The position numbers were made by a program, and so were the translations under genes. Under the pieces are notes generated by a model. The model had not been told where the DNA came from. It did no database searches and saw nothing but the letters and a program-made list of their open reading frames with translations. A stretch of DNA of 64,000 bases from Mobula hypostoma (lineage: Eukaryota): contig NC_086108.1 in NCBI RefSeq assembly GCF_963921235.1, positions 38,256,001 to 38,320,000 of the forward strand, given 5' to 3'. This document shows positions 38,101 to 51,290 of this stretch, one piece after another (the first letter of the stretch is position 1; every line of letters begins with the position of its first letter).

Positions 38101-38785
38101 GGAAAGGGAGATGGGGAGAGTGGGGACAGGAGGAGAGGGGTGGAGAAGGGGGTAGAGGTGGGAGAGGGTGAAGAGGGAATAGTGGAGAAGGGGTGAAGTG
38201 TGGGGGACGGGTGGAGAGAACAGGGAGAAGGGAGTAAAGGATGGGAGGGGGTGTTGATGGGAGTGAATGGGGAGAAGGGGGTAGCAGTGGGAAAGGGGGA
38301 TAGGGGAGACTAGGGAGAGGGGCGGAGGGAAAGAGAGGGGGAGAGGGGGAGTGGAAGTGATCGAGGGGTGAGAGAGGGGGGTAGAGAGGGAGGAGGGAAG
38401 ACAGCAGGAGGAGGGGGTGGGGAGAGGAGGGAGAGGGGGTAGAGGGGGAGGTGGAAGAGGGGAAGAGGGGAGGGAAGGGGGATGAAGAGGGGAGGGGGAA
38501 GAGGGGAGGGAAGGGGGATGAAGAGGGGAAGGGGAGAAGGGGAAGAAAAGGGGAAGAGTGGGGCAGAAGAGAGGGGTGAGGGGAAATCGAATGTGGATGG
38601 GAGCAGCAGGGGTGGGGGAAGGGGCAAGGGGAAAGGGTGGAGGGCAGAAGGGGAGGAGAGGGAGAAGGGGAGGGGAGGGGTGGGGGAGAGGGAAAAATGC
38701 ACAGGAGGGGTGGGGGAGATGGAGGAGGGGGAGGGGGAGAGGAGGAGGAAGAGAGAGGGGAAGGGGGAGAGGTGGAGGAGGGGCA
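35105..38785. repeat. 3.7-kb polypurine (G/A) low-complexity tract
   Basis: + strand is almost only G and A, in irregular GGGGA/GAGAGG units with sharp boundaries. Confidence 0.97.
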
Positions 38786-41700
38786 AATGAACATGCCATG
38801 TACATCAAGGACAACCATTCATTTGCAATGAGTAGAAAATGAAAAGCTACTCTTTTTCTCTTGTATTTCTATATTCTTAAAGGTTTAAACCTACTGTGTG
38901 TTATTCAGTCCTCAAGTTGTATTTGTTGCCGGACTGTAGACAATTAACTTCATGCTTCTGGACACTGAGCTTTGGCAGTGCTGATGCCCACAGCAATGGT
39001 AAAAATATAATTACTAGCATCAATGGCTCTTCAGTTAAAGCTGAAGGCAGGCCCTAGCAGAAAACGTTACAAGTATCAGTCAGCTACAGTTGTTGCTAGT
39101 GTCCTTCAAATGCAGGAAACAAAACTTGAGCTGGTTCCAGAGGGATGCATATTAATTTACTCATACTGTAGATCTATTTTGAAAGGATTATTAGAATGTA
39201 TTTTAAACAGATTACTGCAGAAACACCCTAAGCTATTTAAAAAATTACCCTTCAGTCATTTATTTAAATATAACTTTGTTACTTCAAGCAGTCAACCATA
39301 AAACAGTCATCCCACTCATGAATACAATATTAAATTTTGCTCTACATAATTATTGTATGTTAAGGTCATCTCACAATAATGTCACTTTTATTGAATGACA
39401 CATTTATAATGGACAGATAGAGGCAGTTTCATAATTCATTCCTTTTTCAAATAAAAACTGAATTTAAGCCCAATATAATTAATGAAGCTGCAGCAGGTCA
39501 TTCATTAGAAGCTAAACCTAGCATCATGAAATTAGTGCAAGTATCTGTGAACATCATAACAAATTTATAATAATTCTGGCAAAGGCTTTGATGCACAAAG
39601 GTCCCTATCAAAAGACATGAACCGCAACTACTGCCATTCATATTATGAAAATATTTAAATTAAACAAAGTGTCCTCCAGCAAAAAAAATCAATGATTTTT
39701 ATTAAGGAGCATATGTTAAAAGATATTAGCTCTTACTTGAAAGAAAGTGAGACATTTCCAAATGTAAATTGTCATCCCTTTCTGATTCGACATTCTGTAA
39801 GCCAACCCTAAATGTTCTTACCCCACGTTTGTAAACATTTGCACAAATGTAAACATATTTCATCATTTAATCCTTTCATTTTTTGAAAGTACAAATGGCA
39901 GAGAGAACAGTAACCTACAGTTTTTTTTAAATAAAGCTGAAAAACAGGAGTTTAATAATCAGTCATTGAATCTCTTGAATTTTCTTCCTGGTCTGAATAT
40001 ATGACAAAATGAAATACTGGGCCAGATCACATTTGGTCTTGGCCAAATTTAATCTTTTAGGAATCACAGTAATCTCGAAGTCCCATTGCAACAACCTCTC
40101 CGGGGTGTAATGGCCTGCAGTGGAGGGAGGGGATGGGAGTGGGAATAACTCGGCTTTCACTCAGAACATCATCTGATAGCGATAGTTGAAATAAGGATTA
40201 AAATATTAAAATAATTCAAAAGACTGGGGATTGATGTAGAAAACTTTAAAAAATTTTAATTTCTTAAATTTAAGAACAGAAATAGATAAGAACACAACTT
40301 GCATTCCCAATCAGGAACATCCACCAACCCACCTGGTGCCTCAATTCAGTATGCTGCATTCAGAATTCTGCCCCTAGACTAGGTAATGAATCCAGGAAGT
40401 CAGAATGAACCACTGACCTCTATGCTATAATGCACAAGCATGGGAGTCTGAAACTAGCTAAACCTACATAGCTGCTGAAACCAGTAGTAAATTACCAACA
40501 TGACCTAACTCATTGAATGAGAATGTTGGAGGCTTGGATCTGTCGTTTGACCCTACACCATCTGCTGCCTATTTAAAAAATACCAACTATTGATGCTGCA
40601 GCAAATTCTGATCTTCATCTGGTGTAATTACTCATCACCTACTTATCTTTAGAGATGACCCATTGCCAAAACCAAATATTATGTTACGGTACATTTTCAA
40701 ACCTACTTCATTGCAAGCCTAGAAACATAAGAGCAATCCATTACATGGAAATTCGTATTTATTTTTGTGAGATCTCAATTTCAAAATAACATACTTAATG
40801 AGAATATGAAATACAGTATAAAGAATGTAAGGCATACAGTTGAGTTTTGTACTATCTCATGCAGTTGTTGTTAATGCATGTTCACAGAGAGGTTTAGAAA
40901 AAGAACAATGCTACCTAAGTCAATTTAGCAATTGCTCTTTCTTCCCTCAGAGGGCAAGACTTTTTTTTTAATTAAACTCTATGTGATCAAGGCTGTTGTT
41001 AAACTACAATGTGAGAAGAACAGATGTATTTGCAATATTAAACTCTATAAGGTATATTTGTGGCATACAAATATGCAGAATAATTAAATGAACTGAAAGC
41101 AGTGCTTTCCACAACTCAACATTTTCATTCTGCAAAAATGGAGCACTCAGTTTCTAGTCCCCAAGTGCTTTACTTAGTGACATCTTTGCTTCTCAGATTT
41201 GCAAGAGATAAAATAAGCAAACATTATATCGGGCAATCTGTTTCAGGCTGCACTGGATTAGCAGTAGTGTACATCGTAGGTAAGGATTTAACCTTTCCAT
41301 GATCTGCTACTGTGAAACAGTTTTAATGAAAATAGCCAGGCTCTATGTAGTCCACTATAATCCCATAAAAGCCAGCATAGAACCAGCTTGATAATGGTTA
41401 AATCTGACAAAGACTTTAAATGCTTCAGAATATCCCTGCCATTCAAATCAATAAAACAAGATCAATAAAGCAATTAAGAAATCTTAAGACCATGAAAATG
41501 GCTTTTAAAAAAGCTTTAAAATTTCTTGAAAACATATCTAGATAGCTTAATACATTAAAAGCACTAAAAATACAACAAATATATTCAAAATAATCCTCGA
41601 TTGTGAAATATATTGTTAAGGAAATCTGAAATGTTATGAGGAAGTGCCAAATGCAACATAAGCATCACATTAAATGTCTAGGTTTTGATCTGACATCCTG

Positions 41701-42204
41701 ATGTTTTATTTGTTTTCCTTAATATTGGCAAATATTGAACTAATGGCTTATCTGACATTGAAACCCCTATATCTCTTTATTGTTCTATTACCAGAATAAC
41801 CGTAGCATTCAACCCACAAACTTCATCACCAGATCTATTTCCAACTTTTCTCAACTATTGATAAATAATGATATGTGTTCTAATGTATTCCTCATATCTA
41901 AAAAAACTTTGTTCCTTTTATACTTTATAATCTTATTACAGGAACAAAGGAGGCCATTCAAGCCATCGAGCCCACAGCAGCTCATTGAAGAGCCTATACC
42001 ATAACCCATCATGATCCTTATAAACATGCAAACATGACCTTTTGAAATCCATGTCCAAAGATCTTCCTATGAATCCATTTTCATTATCTGTTATGTAATG
42101 TGATCTAATTCTAGGAAAACCCCCAATAAAAAAAATTATATTCTCCTGGTTCCAGTTGAGGATCAATGCCCAAGGTGTAAAAAGGATAAACAATGAGAGT
42201 TCCA

Positions 42205-42710
42205 GCTCTAAATCCTGCTAAAATGTTGAAGTTGTTTAAGATGTTAGTGAGGCCTAATTTGGAGTGTTGTGTGCAGTTCTGGTCACCCACCTACAGGAAA
42301 CATATCAATAAGATTAAAAGAGTACAGAGAAAATTTACAAGGATTTTGCCAGGACTAAAGATCTGAATTATAGGGAAACTTGGAATAGGTTTGGACTTTA
42401 TTCCCTGGAGTGTAGAAGAATGAGGGGAGATTTATGAGAGGTATTATGAGGGGAATTGATAGGGTAAATGTAAGCAGGCCTATTCCGCTGAGGTTGGTTG
42501 TCTAGAACAAGGGGTCATGGATTAAGGGTGAAAGGAGGAATGTTTTTAAGGGGAACATAAGAGGGAAAACTCACTCAGAAGCGGTGAGATTGTGGAATGA
42601 ACTGCCAGCAGAAATGGCTGGATGTGGGTTGGAGGGGTATGGAGGACTATGGTCCAGCTGTAGGTCAACAGGACTAGCAGAGTAATAGTTTGGCAGAGAC
42701 TATACGGATT
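42205..42710 (+). mobile_element. CR1 3' fragment
   Basis: TTAGTGAGGCCTAATTTGGAGTGTTGTGTGCAGTTCTGGTCACC...AGAATGAGGGGAGATTT; followed by a short inverted CR1 RT piece (42730-42880). Confidence 0.8.
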
Positions 42711-43669
42711 GTAGTGCACTATGACTTCATGGCTTCCCCCGTGAAGCCTATGTTGAATCCAGTTTACTACCTTATCCTGAATGCCAGTCAACTGAACCTT
42801 CATGACCAGCCCCCAATACAGAACTTTGTCAAAGGGGTTGCTAAAGTCACCATCCACTACCTTTCCTTCATTAACTTTCCTGGTAAGCTCCTCATGTTAG
42901 ATTTGTTAAATCTATAAAGATTTAAAGCCTACCAGCCCACAGTTGTTTTCAGACCACAGAAGTTGGATTAGGCAGATTCAACATAGTTTTCGCTTCCATG
43001 GTCTGAAAGCAACCATGACAATCATCAATAGTTCTGGTATTATACAATTTAAAGACAAAAATGATTCTAATAATACTAAACTGGCCATTAATAAGAAACA
43101 TTCAATAGCAATGTAAAAATTCTAACTGCAAAAAAATATATATTGACCTAAAAAATATGTCACATTTTATCATCAGGCTTGAAGCTGCCAAAAATAACAA
43201 TTTGTACATGGTATTTCAGAATAATTTTTGACTTTAAATTGTATAATACCAGATACATTGACAGAAATCTAATTAACTGCAGCATACAGGGAGCACTTCA
43301 GCTTAATCCCTGTTTTGCTGTCATGTTTTTGTTCCTCAGATCTAACCAGAAACTCAATGTGACTTTTAGAAATAATTTGACATGTTACTAGGTTATGTGT
43401 AGCAAGATCTGATTATTTTCACTAATCACTCACTATTAATGTAATGGTTCATGGTAAATAAGATACAAGCAAACCCTACAGCATTTACTGATTAAACTGG
43501 AAATGTCCATGGTCCTGAAATAGTATTGCAAAACATTCTCAAAACAATTCACAATCTCCTTAAATTTTCCTCATAACTACTTGCATAATTGCATAAATAA
43601 ATATGCCATTCCATAAACATATTAAGTCACATGTAGTGTACAACACTCTGAGACATCTTCCAGCTACAG

Positions 43670-44000
43670 GAGTTCAAAGTTCAAAGTAAGTTTATCACCA
43701 AAGTACACATATGTCACCATGCTACTACCCTGAGGTTCATTCTTTGATGGGCATTCACTGTGGATACAAATAAACACAACAGAAACAATTAAAAACTACA
43801 CACAAAGACAAAGACAATAATTTGCACAAACACAAAAATAAAAACAAAATAATAAATAAATAGATAGCTAGATAGATAAATAATATCGAGAACATGAATT
43901 GTAGAGTCCTAGGAAGTGAGTCCATTGGCATCAGCTCAGTGTTGGGATGAGTGAAGTTATCCACTCTGGTTCAGAAGCCGGATGATTGAGGGGTAATAAC
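43670..44000 (-). mobile_element. Rex-type LINE 3' end
   Basis: GTTCAAAGTTCAAAGTAAGTTTATCACCAAAGTACAC tail, similar to 13455-13750. Confidence 0.7.
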
Positions 44001-44589
44001 TCATGGAATACATGGATGAAACAGCGGAGAGTACAAATTAGTGAAAGAAATGATCAATTATATAAATTCTGCACCATATTTTTCCTCATCAACCTTGCAT
44101 CTATATTACATTTTTGACAATTATAATCTAAACCCCTACAATTCAATTCCTGCATACCCAAACTTACTCCCCCTCCTACAGACACTGTTTCTTTTGATCT
44201 CTTCGACAATGCAGGCCATTTATGCAGTTTTGTATTTTGCACCTCATTGAATGACAACTTTCCTTCCTTTATCCAGGTGTCCATTATTTTCAATTCTATT
44301 TCTGTCCACCAAATATCAATATATACTCCAAAAAGTACTCTTAGATTTGTGTAGGAAAATTGATTCCTGCAAGAAAATGACAATAAATTAAAGATTTTAT
44401 TAAATAACAGAGTAAGAATTATTGGTGCAAGTAACCTACTTCTGCCTATATTCTTCTTTTAATAATACAGACAAGAGGTCACAGTTTGATAATAATGTTT
44501 AATATTTCATGCTCTATCTATGAATCTTGTACCTGCATTGTTCAATAATCTGCTCCGTGGAAAAGCAAGCAAAATAATTAGTAGATCAG

Positions 44590-44785
44590 ACATTATCAGT
44601 GAAAAGAACAACAACTAACATTTCAGATCTGGGACCATTCATCAGAAAAATTCTGATCAATTCTGAAGAATGATGCTGGTCTAGAACCTTTAACTGCTTC
44701 TCTTTCCTCATATACTACCTAACCTGCTGGAATTTTCCAGCATTTTAGGTTACAATCTCAAATTTCCAGCATCTGCATTATTTCT
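44590..44785. mobile_element. Old palindromic Penelope/MER6-like derivative
   Basis: ACATTTCAGATCTGGGACCATTCATCAGAA...TTCTGAAGAATGATGCTGGTCTAGAACCTT...ATTTCCAGCATCTGCA: a decayed version of the hammerhead-containing terminus in inverted arrangement. Confidence 0.55.
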
Positions 44786-45999
44786 TTTCTTTAATTTTCA
44801 AACTGATCTATTTTCTTGGCATATTTTAGAAACAATTTTATTTCCTATTCCAATTTTTTTTTTCATTTTTATATTTGCAAATCAATTCTGGTGATAAAGC
44901 CCAGACTTCTTTTCTTTTTAATTGATTTGCCTAATTATTAAATGTTGATCATCCTAGTAATGGATAACATTGTAAATTGAAAGTGAAGTTTTAGTGGCAT
45001 GTTTGCAATTTTGTTCTTCAGTGGAATTAAAGATAATGAAAAACTATTATGTCACAGTGAAATTATGTGTTGTAACTGTAAATTTTCTAAACTAAGATCA
45101 TTACAAAGTAACCTTTCTAGCTATTGCTCCTGTCTGAAATCAGTTAATTAGATTGCAATGCTGAAATGATCTTTCCAATATTTATGATTCCAATTACACA
45201 GAAATATAACCACTTATTATTACAAAAATATACCTTGAAATTCCACTCAGTTTCAACATGTTTTGCTTCATCCATATTGGGCTGTCACTACAACGTTGAC
45301 TCAGCTCCACAATGTAAAATATTAATGCAATATGATTTTTTTCTAATCATTTTGACTAATAATTCAATCAAACTTCCTCTTTATTTGCTTTATACGCATA
45401 ACTGAGTTTAGCAAAATAACAGTCATGTTTGATTCGTGTGTTCAAATGATTTACTCAAACTAATTTCTCAAATTTACTTAAAAGAAAAAAAACTAAAAGA
45501 AATCCAACTGGCTATACATTTCCCGTAATGAAGATACTTAGTGCAGGAAATGAGACAATATTAAACTTGAAAATGCATATATTTTAGAAGATATTTGGAA
45601 CTGTGGAATATACTCTAGCGCTCACTTTATTAGGTTATGTTAATGGGATGTTTTGTGGAACACATTTCTGCAATTGTGCCTTGTGTCAAATACAACTGGA
45701 TTGCTAAATGATCTCTCAAAGCATTCTTCAGTATCTTCTGACATCCATTTTGCAACACCGACAACAATGTCAACAAACTACAGATTTAATGAAACTGCTC
45801 CAGGAAAGTGGTAAGGTGTTTCAACATTATTTGTGGGTTGATTTCTTTCAATTTTCAACTCAATTCAAGCAGCCTTCTGATTCCAAAATAAGCTTCCATG
45901 TGGTCAGATTTAAGTTTTTATGGTCTCCTTTGTTGCAATGCACCATGACATCTCTATCCATTTGATGATGTATTTTTCAATGTCCAATGACAGTATTTA

Positions 46000-46300
46000 C
46001 AATCATAGAGCAATATATCTCAGAATCAGCCCTTCACCCCATTGAGCCAATATTGACCATCGTAATCATTTCTACGAAAACCATTTAGCTGCTCTTTCTC
46101 AACAGCCTTTTCGGCAGTTCAAACATTTGTGTAGATACTTTTTAAATATGTGAGCACCTCAGACAGTGCATTCCAGATTCCAACTACTGAGTCAAAGAAC
46201 CCCTTCAAACTTCCTATCCCTTCATACCCTGTGGTTTAGACATGCCTGCTAGAGAGAAAAGTTCTTATCAATCTTATGTGCTGCCCTCATAATTTCTACC
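46000..46300 (-). mobile_element. Old CR1 3' fragment
   Basis: CAGACAGTGCATTCCAGATTCCAACTACT and similar motifs shared with the other minus-strand CR1 3' ends. Confidence 0.55.
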
Positions 46301-48369
46301 GAGCCCATTTTTTCCAAACTCTGTACGTTACCGACTGATTAAATTATTTTGTTGTATAGTGAGTCAATCATTGGACTAGCAATCCTGAAACTATGGCTAA
46401 TAACCCAGTGATACAGAACCTGAAGCACCTACAAATGGGGTGCAAGGGAAAATGTCCCACAACATCCTAGCCTCCTACTCCAAAACCACACAAAGTAACT
46501 ATGATTTGGAAATTATTATATTAATTCATTCAGTAGTTTCAAATGGAATATAACATGCACTTGGGAACAAATTAATTTACTGAACTATAGAGAAACAGCA
46601 GGGAACTGACATGATTGCTCTTACCCGAGCTAGGACAGTCTCAACAGACTAAATGATATCCTGTTTTATTAATAACAATTCTATAGTGATTTGGAAATTT
46701 ACATTCACTCAGTGTTTTTAAGTAAATATTTTGGAATCAGAATTATATTTAATATCACTGACATAAACAACCAAACAACGAAGCAACCAAACGTGTAATT
46801 AGTATATTTTCAATTCAAGCAAAATGCTTTGAATGCGATAGGTATATTATCTACAGCGGAATCCTATCCGAAAGAGTTCATTTGTAGTATAGAATAGTCA
46901 ATGTAGATTTCAAAAGAAATTGTCTTGCTTGACTAACTTCAATTAATTCTTTGAAGAAACAACGAAGATGATGAATAAGGGAAATGTAGTACATGAAATA
47001 TAATCAATTTCCAAAATGTTAATTTGATACCACATAACTGATTAACGAATAAGTTTGGAGCATGCAGGTATGCAACACAGGGTGATTTGAATGAATTTGC
47101 AGAAAAGGCATTGATTAATGAACTTCAATATAGATAAATGAAGCCTTTATCTGGCAACCAGACAAACAAATACTCCTTGGAATTTAAGAGTGTAAACTAG
47201 GTGGAGTTCCAAAAACTCAGAATGACGTACAAATCATTAGAAGTAACAAGGCAATAAAGCCATAATAGACAAATAAAATGCTGAGAATCAAAGACCACTC
47301 AGCCTACCACCATGGGTCTGAAAAAGAAATGGAACTTTGCTAAGGAGAAGAGAAAGAAAGTCATTTAGAAAGCAGGCTTGGTTGATTGATTCCCTTTAAG
47401 GTTATAACAAAGGAAATTACAACTGAGGAAACTGCAGCTCCCAGTGGAAACTCAGGTAGTCACAAGGACAACAGGCAAAATCTGCTCAGATGTTACTGGA
47501 GCTCAAAATTGAAGCTGGCTTGCTGGGGTCATGAGGCAACAGGACGATCTGCCACTCTGTTCACCAACTTTGTCCTTTCAACACCTCAATTGCACTCTGC
47601 AAGTTAAAATGAACTTAATGTTTGTCTCCTCCCCATTTCTGACAAAGTGGCTTCAATCTGAATCATTAATTCCATTTCTCTCTCCATAGACGCTGCCTGG
47701 CCTGAGTCCTTCCTGCCTGACATATGTTGCTGTGAACTTCATCTCCTGCTATTTAGTTGACATGTTTAAGCAAAATACAGAGAAGTTTATATGCTTGAAG
47801 CTGAGTATTGTTATACTTTTGGAATAGTCTTGGTTACAACACTTTACTTTAGACAATTTTCAGCCAGTTTAAAGCTTTGGAACCATTGGAGCTAAATCAG
47901 GTCACAGTAACTTACACATTGGAGTATTCTAACAGACAACAAACTGGAAAACAGTTCCAGTTTTTGTGACTTTTTTAAAAACAGAGTGCAAAATAAAGAT
48001 TGAGATATATAATATAAGAACTAAGATAGCATTAACCTATGAAATGTTGAAGTATATAAATCTCTAGAAAATAATTCTGATAGAGTTGGGACACAGAAAA
48101 TTACGTTTTCAGATGGTTGTTCATTCATAAGTATTTATGGGTACTGCTAAAAGCTTGAAATTCAAAAAGGTAACATTTTTAAAAATATTTAGAGCAGGAA
48201 CAAAATGTAAACCTGAAGTTCATGCCGAACACATTGTTTAGTTTACTGGACAAAGCGAATAAGTAATCACATATCCTAATGGAGATGTAACATAAAGATT
48301 TTTACTCCTCATGTATGCGAAGGATGTCAATTTAATTCAATTTAATTCAGCTTAATGTGAATGTAACCT

Positions 48370-49085
48370 GAGGAGAGCTAAGGTATCGGTGACCCCTGTT
48401 TCCATCCAGGGGGTCAGTGTGGACATGGTGGCAGATTACAAATACCTGGGGATACGAATTGACAATAAACTGGACTGGTCTAAGAACACTGAGGCTGTCT
48501 ACAATAAGGGTCAGAGCCGTCTCTATTTCCTGAGGAGACTGAGGTCCTTTAACATCTGCCGGACGACGCTGAGGATGTTCTACGAGTCTGTGATGGCCAG
48601 TGCTATCATGTTTGCTGTTGTGTGCTGGGGCAGCAGGCTGAGAGTAGCAGACACCAACAGAATCAACAAACTCATTCGTAAGGCCAGTGATGTTGTGGGG
48701 ATGGAACTGGACTCTCTCACGGTGGTGTCCGAAAAGAGGATGCTGTCTAAGTTGCATGCCATCTTGGTCAATGTCTCCCATCCACTACATAATGTACTGG
48801 GTGGGCACAGGAGTACATTCAGCCAGAGACGCATTCCTTCGAGATGCAACACTGAGCGTCGTAGGAAGTCATTCCTGCCTGTGGCCATCAAACTTTACAA
48901 CTCCTCCCTTGGAGGGTCAGACACCCTGAGCCAATAGGCTGGTCCTGGACATAATTTATTGGCATAATTTACATATTACTATTTAACTATTTATGGTTCT
49001 ATTACTATCTATTATTTATGGTGCAACTGTAATGAAAACCAATTTCCCCCGGGATCAATAAAGCATGACTATGACTGTGACTATG
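48370..49085 (+). mobile_element. Rex1/Babar LINE 3' fragment, relatively young, with (TGACTA)n tail
   Basis: Uninterrupted 182-aa ORF 48389..48937 (YKYLGIRIDNKLDW, RLYFLRRLRSF, HPLH, RRKSFLPVAIKLYN); AATAAA followed by ATGACTATGACTGTGACTATGA. Confidence 0.9.
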
Positions 49086-50102
49086 AAGAAGTCAAATAAT
49101 GAATGTTTCCTTGCATCATGAAGAAGGCATATATTTGAACTTGGAAAATGAAAATAAAACTTATTTTAATGCAATTTTAGTAAAAGACTGAAAAAGCATA
49201 AGGTTGATAAATTTTAATCTGCCTGACATAGTTCCTATATTTCATAAGTTGCATATATGCGCATGTTGAATCACACCATTGATTTTGTTTCTTTGGTGAC
49301 AGATATGTCATGGATGTATGTGTCAAAGAAACATTCTATCAAAAGGTATCTATCATTTTGCACTCTTCCAAGAGTCAAACTTACACTTGCACTACTCCTA
49401 CAGATATTAATTACTGTACTCAAATATTTCTATGTAATTCTCTAATATTCATTAGTTCATTCTTCTCAATCAATTTCCTGATCATCTTTCCAATCAGTTC
49501 TTCCTCCCTCAGATTTCTTTATTTTAGAGCTGAAATTTAAAATAATAATATAAACAGAAATCCAGTTACTAACAGATGGCGCACAATCATAAAGGCTTCC
49601 AGCAACACTTATTACTGATAACATCAACTTATCATTTAATTTGAAATAAAGCACCATAAGGCATCACAAAATGAGCACTTTTACAGTTGGAATAAGAAGA
49701 TGGAAAGGGAAGCCAAGACACAACAAATTGACAAGCAGCCACAGATAAAATTAAATAAATTGAATCAGTCACAACGCAGGCTAAGGAATTTACAAAGCAA
49801 GAAACAAAAAAACGACTGATGTGATGTCCTTCATCAAACTGGCCTTTTAATTCTTAAGGGCTTGGCTACAGCCTTAGTTTCTCCACAATATGGTCAATAG
49901 CAAACAACAGTCTACCATGAGCATTCGCATGTACACTCATTCAGCGTCAATAAACCCATACAGATATCCAGATGGCAAGCATAAGATTTCGGCAGAAAAC
50001 TGGAATTCCAGGCAATACCTTAAGAAGAAAATGCCTTACATATTGACTTACAGTAAGCACTCAGCCTTATTGTAGAAAGAAATTAATTTCAAAACATAAT
50101 GT

Positions 50103-50527
50103 AACAGAATAGGTTGAGTGAACTCAGCCTTTTCTCCTTGGAGCGACAGAGGATGAGAGGTGACCTGATAGAGATCTACAAGATAATGAGAGGCATTGAT
50201 CGTGTGGATAGTCAGAGGTTTTTCCCCAGGGCTGAAATGGCTAGCACAAGAGGGCAAAGTTTTAAGGTGCTTGGAAGCAGGTACAGGGGAGATGTCAGGG
50301 TAGGTTTTTTTATGCAGAGAGTGGTGAGTGCGTGGAATGGACTGCTGGCGGCGGTGGTGGAGGCGGAAACGATAGGGTCTTTTAAGAGACTCCTTGACGG
50401 CTACATGGAGCTTAGAAAAATAGAGGGCTATGGGTAAGTCTAGGTAGTTCTAAGGTAGGGACATGTTCGGCACAGCTTTGTGGGCCAAAGGGCTTGTATT
50501 GTGCTGCATGTTTTCTATATTTCTATG
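50103..50527 (+). mobile_element. CR1 3' end
   Basis: ORF 50114..50437 (LFSLERQRMRGDLIEIYKIMRG); TTTCTATATTTCTATG tail. Confidence 0.9.
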
Positions 50528-51290
50528 ATCATGTTCTTGTTACTATTCTATAGATTTGTTGAGTGTACCCATGAGAAAATGAATCTCAGGGTTGTATATG
50601 GTGACATATATGTACTTTCATAACATTTTATTTTGTCCTTTGAATTTTATTCACTGAAATAGAGAGCCAATCTTTTTTGTTTTTCATGTGCAATATCTGC
50701 AATACATTATGTTGATACTTAGCTGAATAGGTATGGGATGCTTCACTAGAAATGTGTCTTACTGAGATACACTTTTATTTGTTAATTCACAGGACATGAG
50801 TTTGCAATGTTGCCTTTATTATCCTTCCCCAAAATGACCTAAAATAAGTAGGCAGTTAAGCAACAACCACATTGAGTCAAGTCTGCAGTCACATGCATGC
50901 CACAGTGGAGTTTATATACATCTTTAAAGAGCAGTACAGCATATGTCTAATCATAATTGCTAACTCTGGAAACAATGGTCATTTGGTCAACAAAAAAAGG
51001 AGAGAGACTTTCTCAAATGACAGATTTTTTTTAAAAATCCATTTTCATAGAACATCACATCACAGTACAGGCCTTTTGGCCTCCCATGGTTTGCCAACAT
51101 TTTAAGCTATTTGAAGGTTAACCTAACCATTTATCTATCATCCATGTGCCTATCTAAGAGCTTCTTAAATGCCCTTAGTCTTTCTGCCTCTACCACCCGA
51201 CAGAACATTTTATAAATCCACCACTCTCTATGTAAAGAACGTATCTCTGACATCTCCCCTATCCTCTCCTCCAATCACCATAAAATTATA

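Noticed and set aside
35055..38818. Very long Pro/Ser/Leu-rich (887, 829, 426 aa) and Gly/Glu/Arg-rich ORFs
   Set aside because: Artefacts of the stop-poor polypurine/polypyrimidine tract; open in several frames at once, with no domain structure.
39963..40160. Minus-strand acceptor-like site and 65-aa ORF
   Set aside because: No recognisable protein and no convincing donor site.
41247..41279. Candidate 33-bp micro-exon (GCTGLAVVYIVG)
   Set aside because: Splice signals are plausible, but there is no recognisable protein or partner exon; such matches arise by chance.
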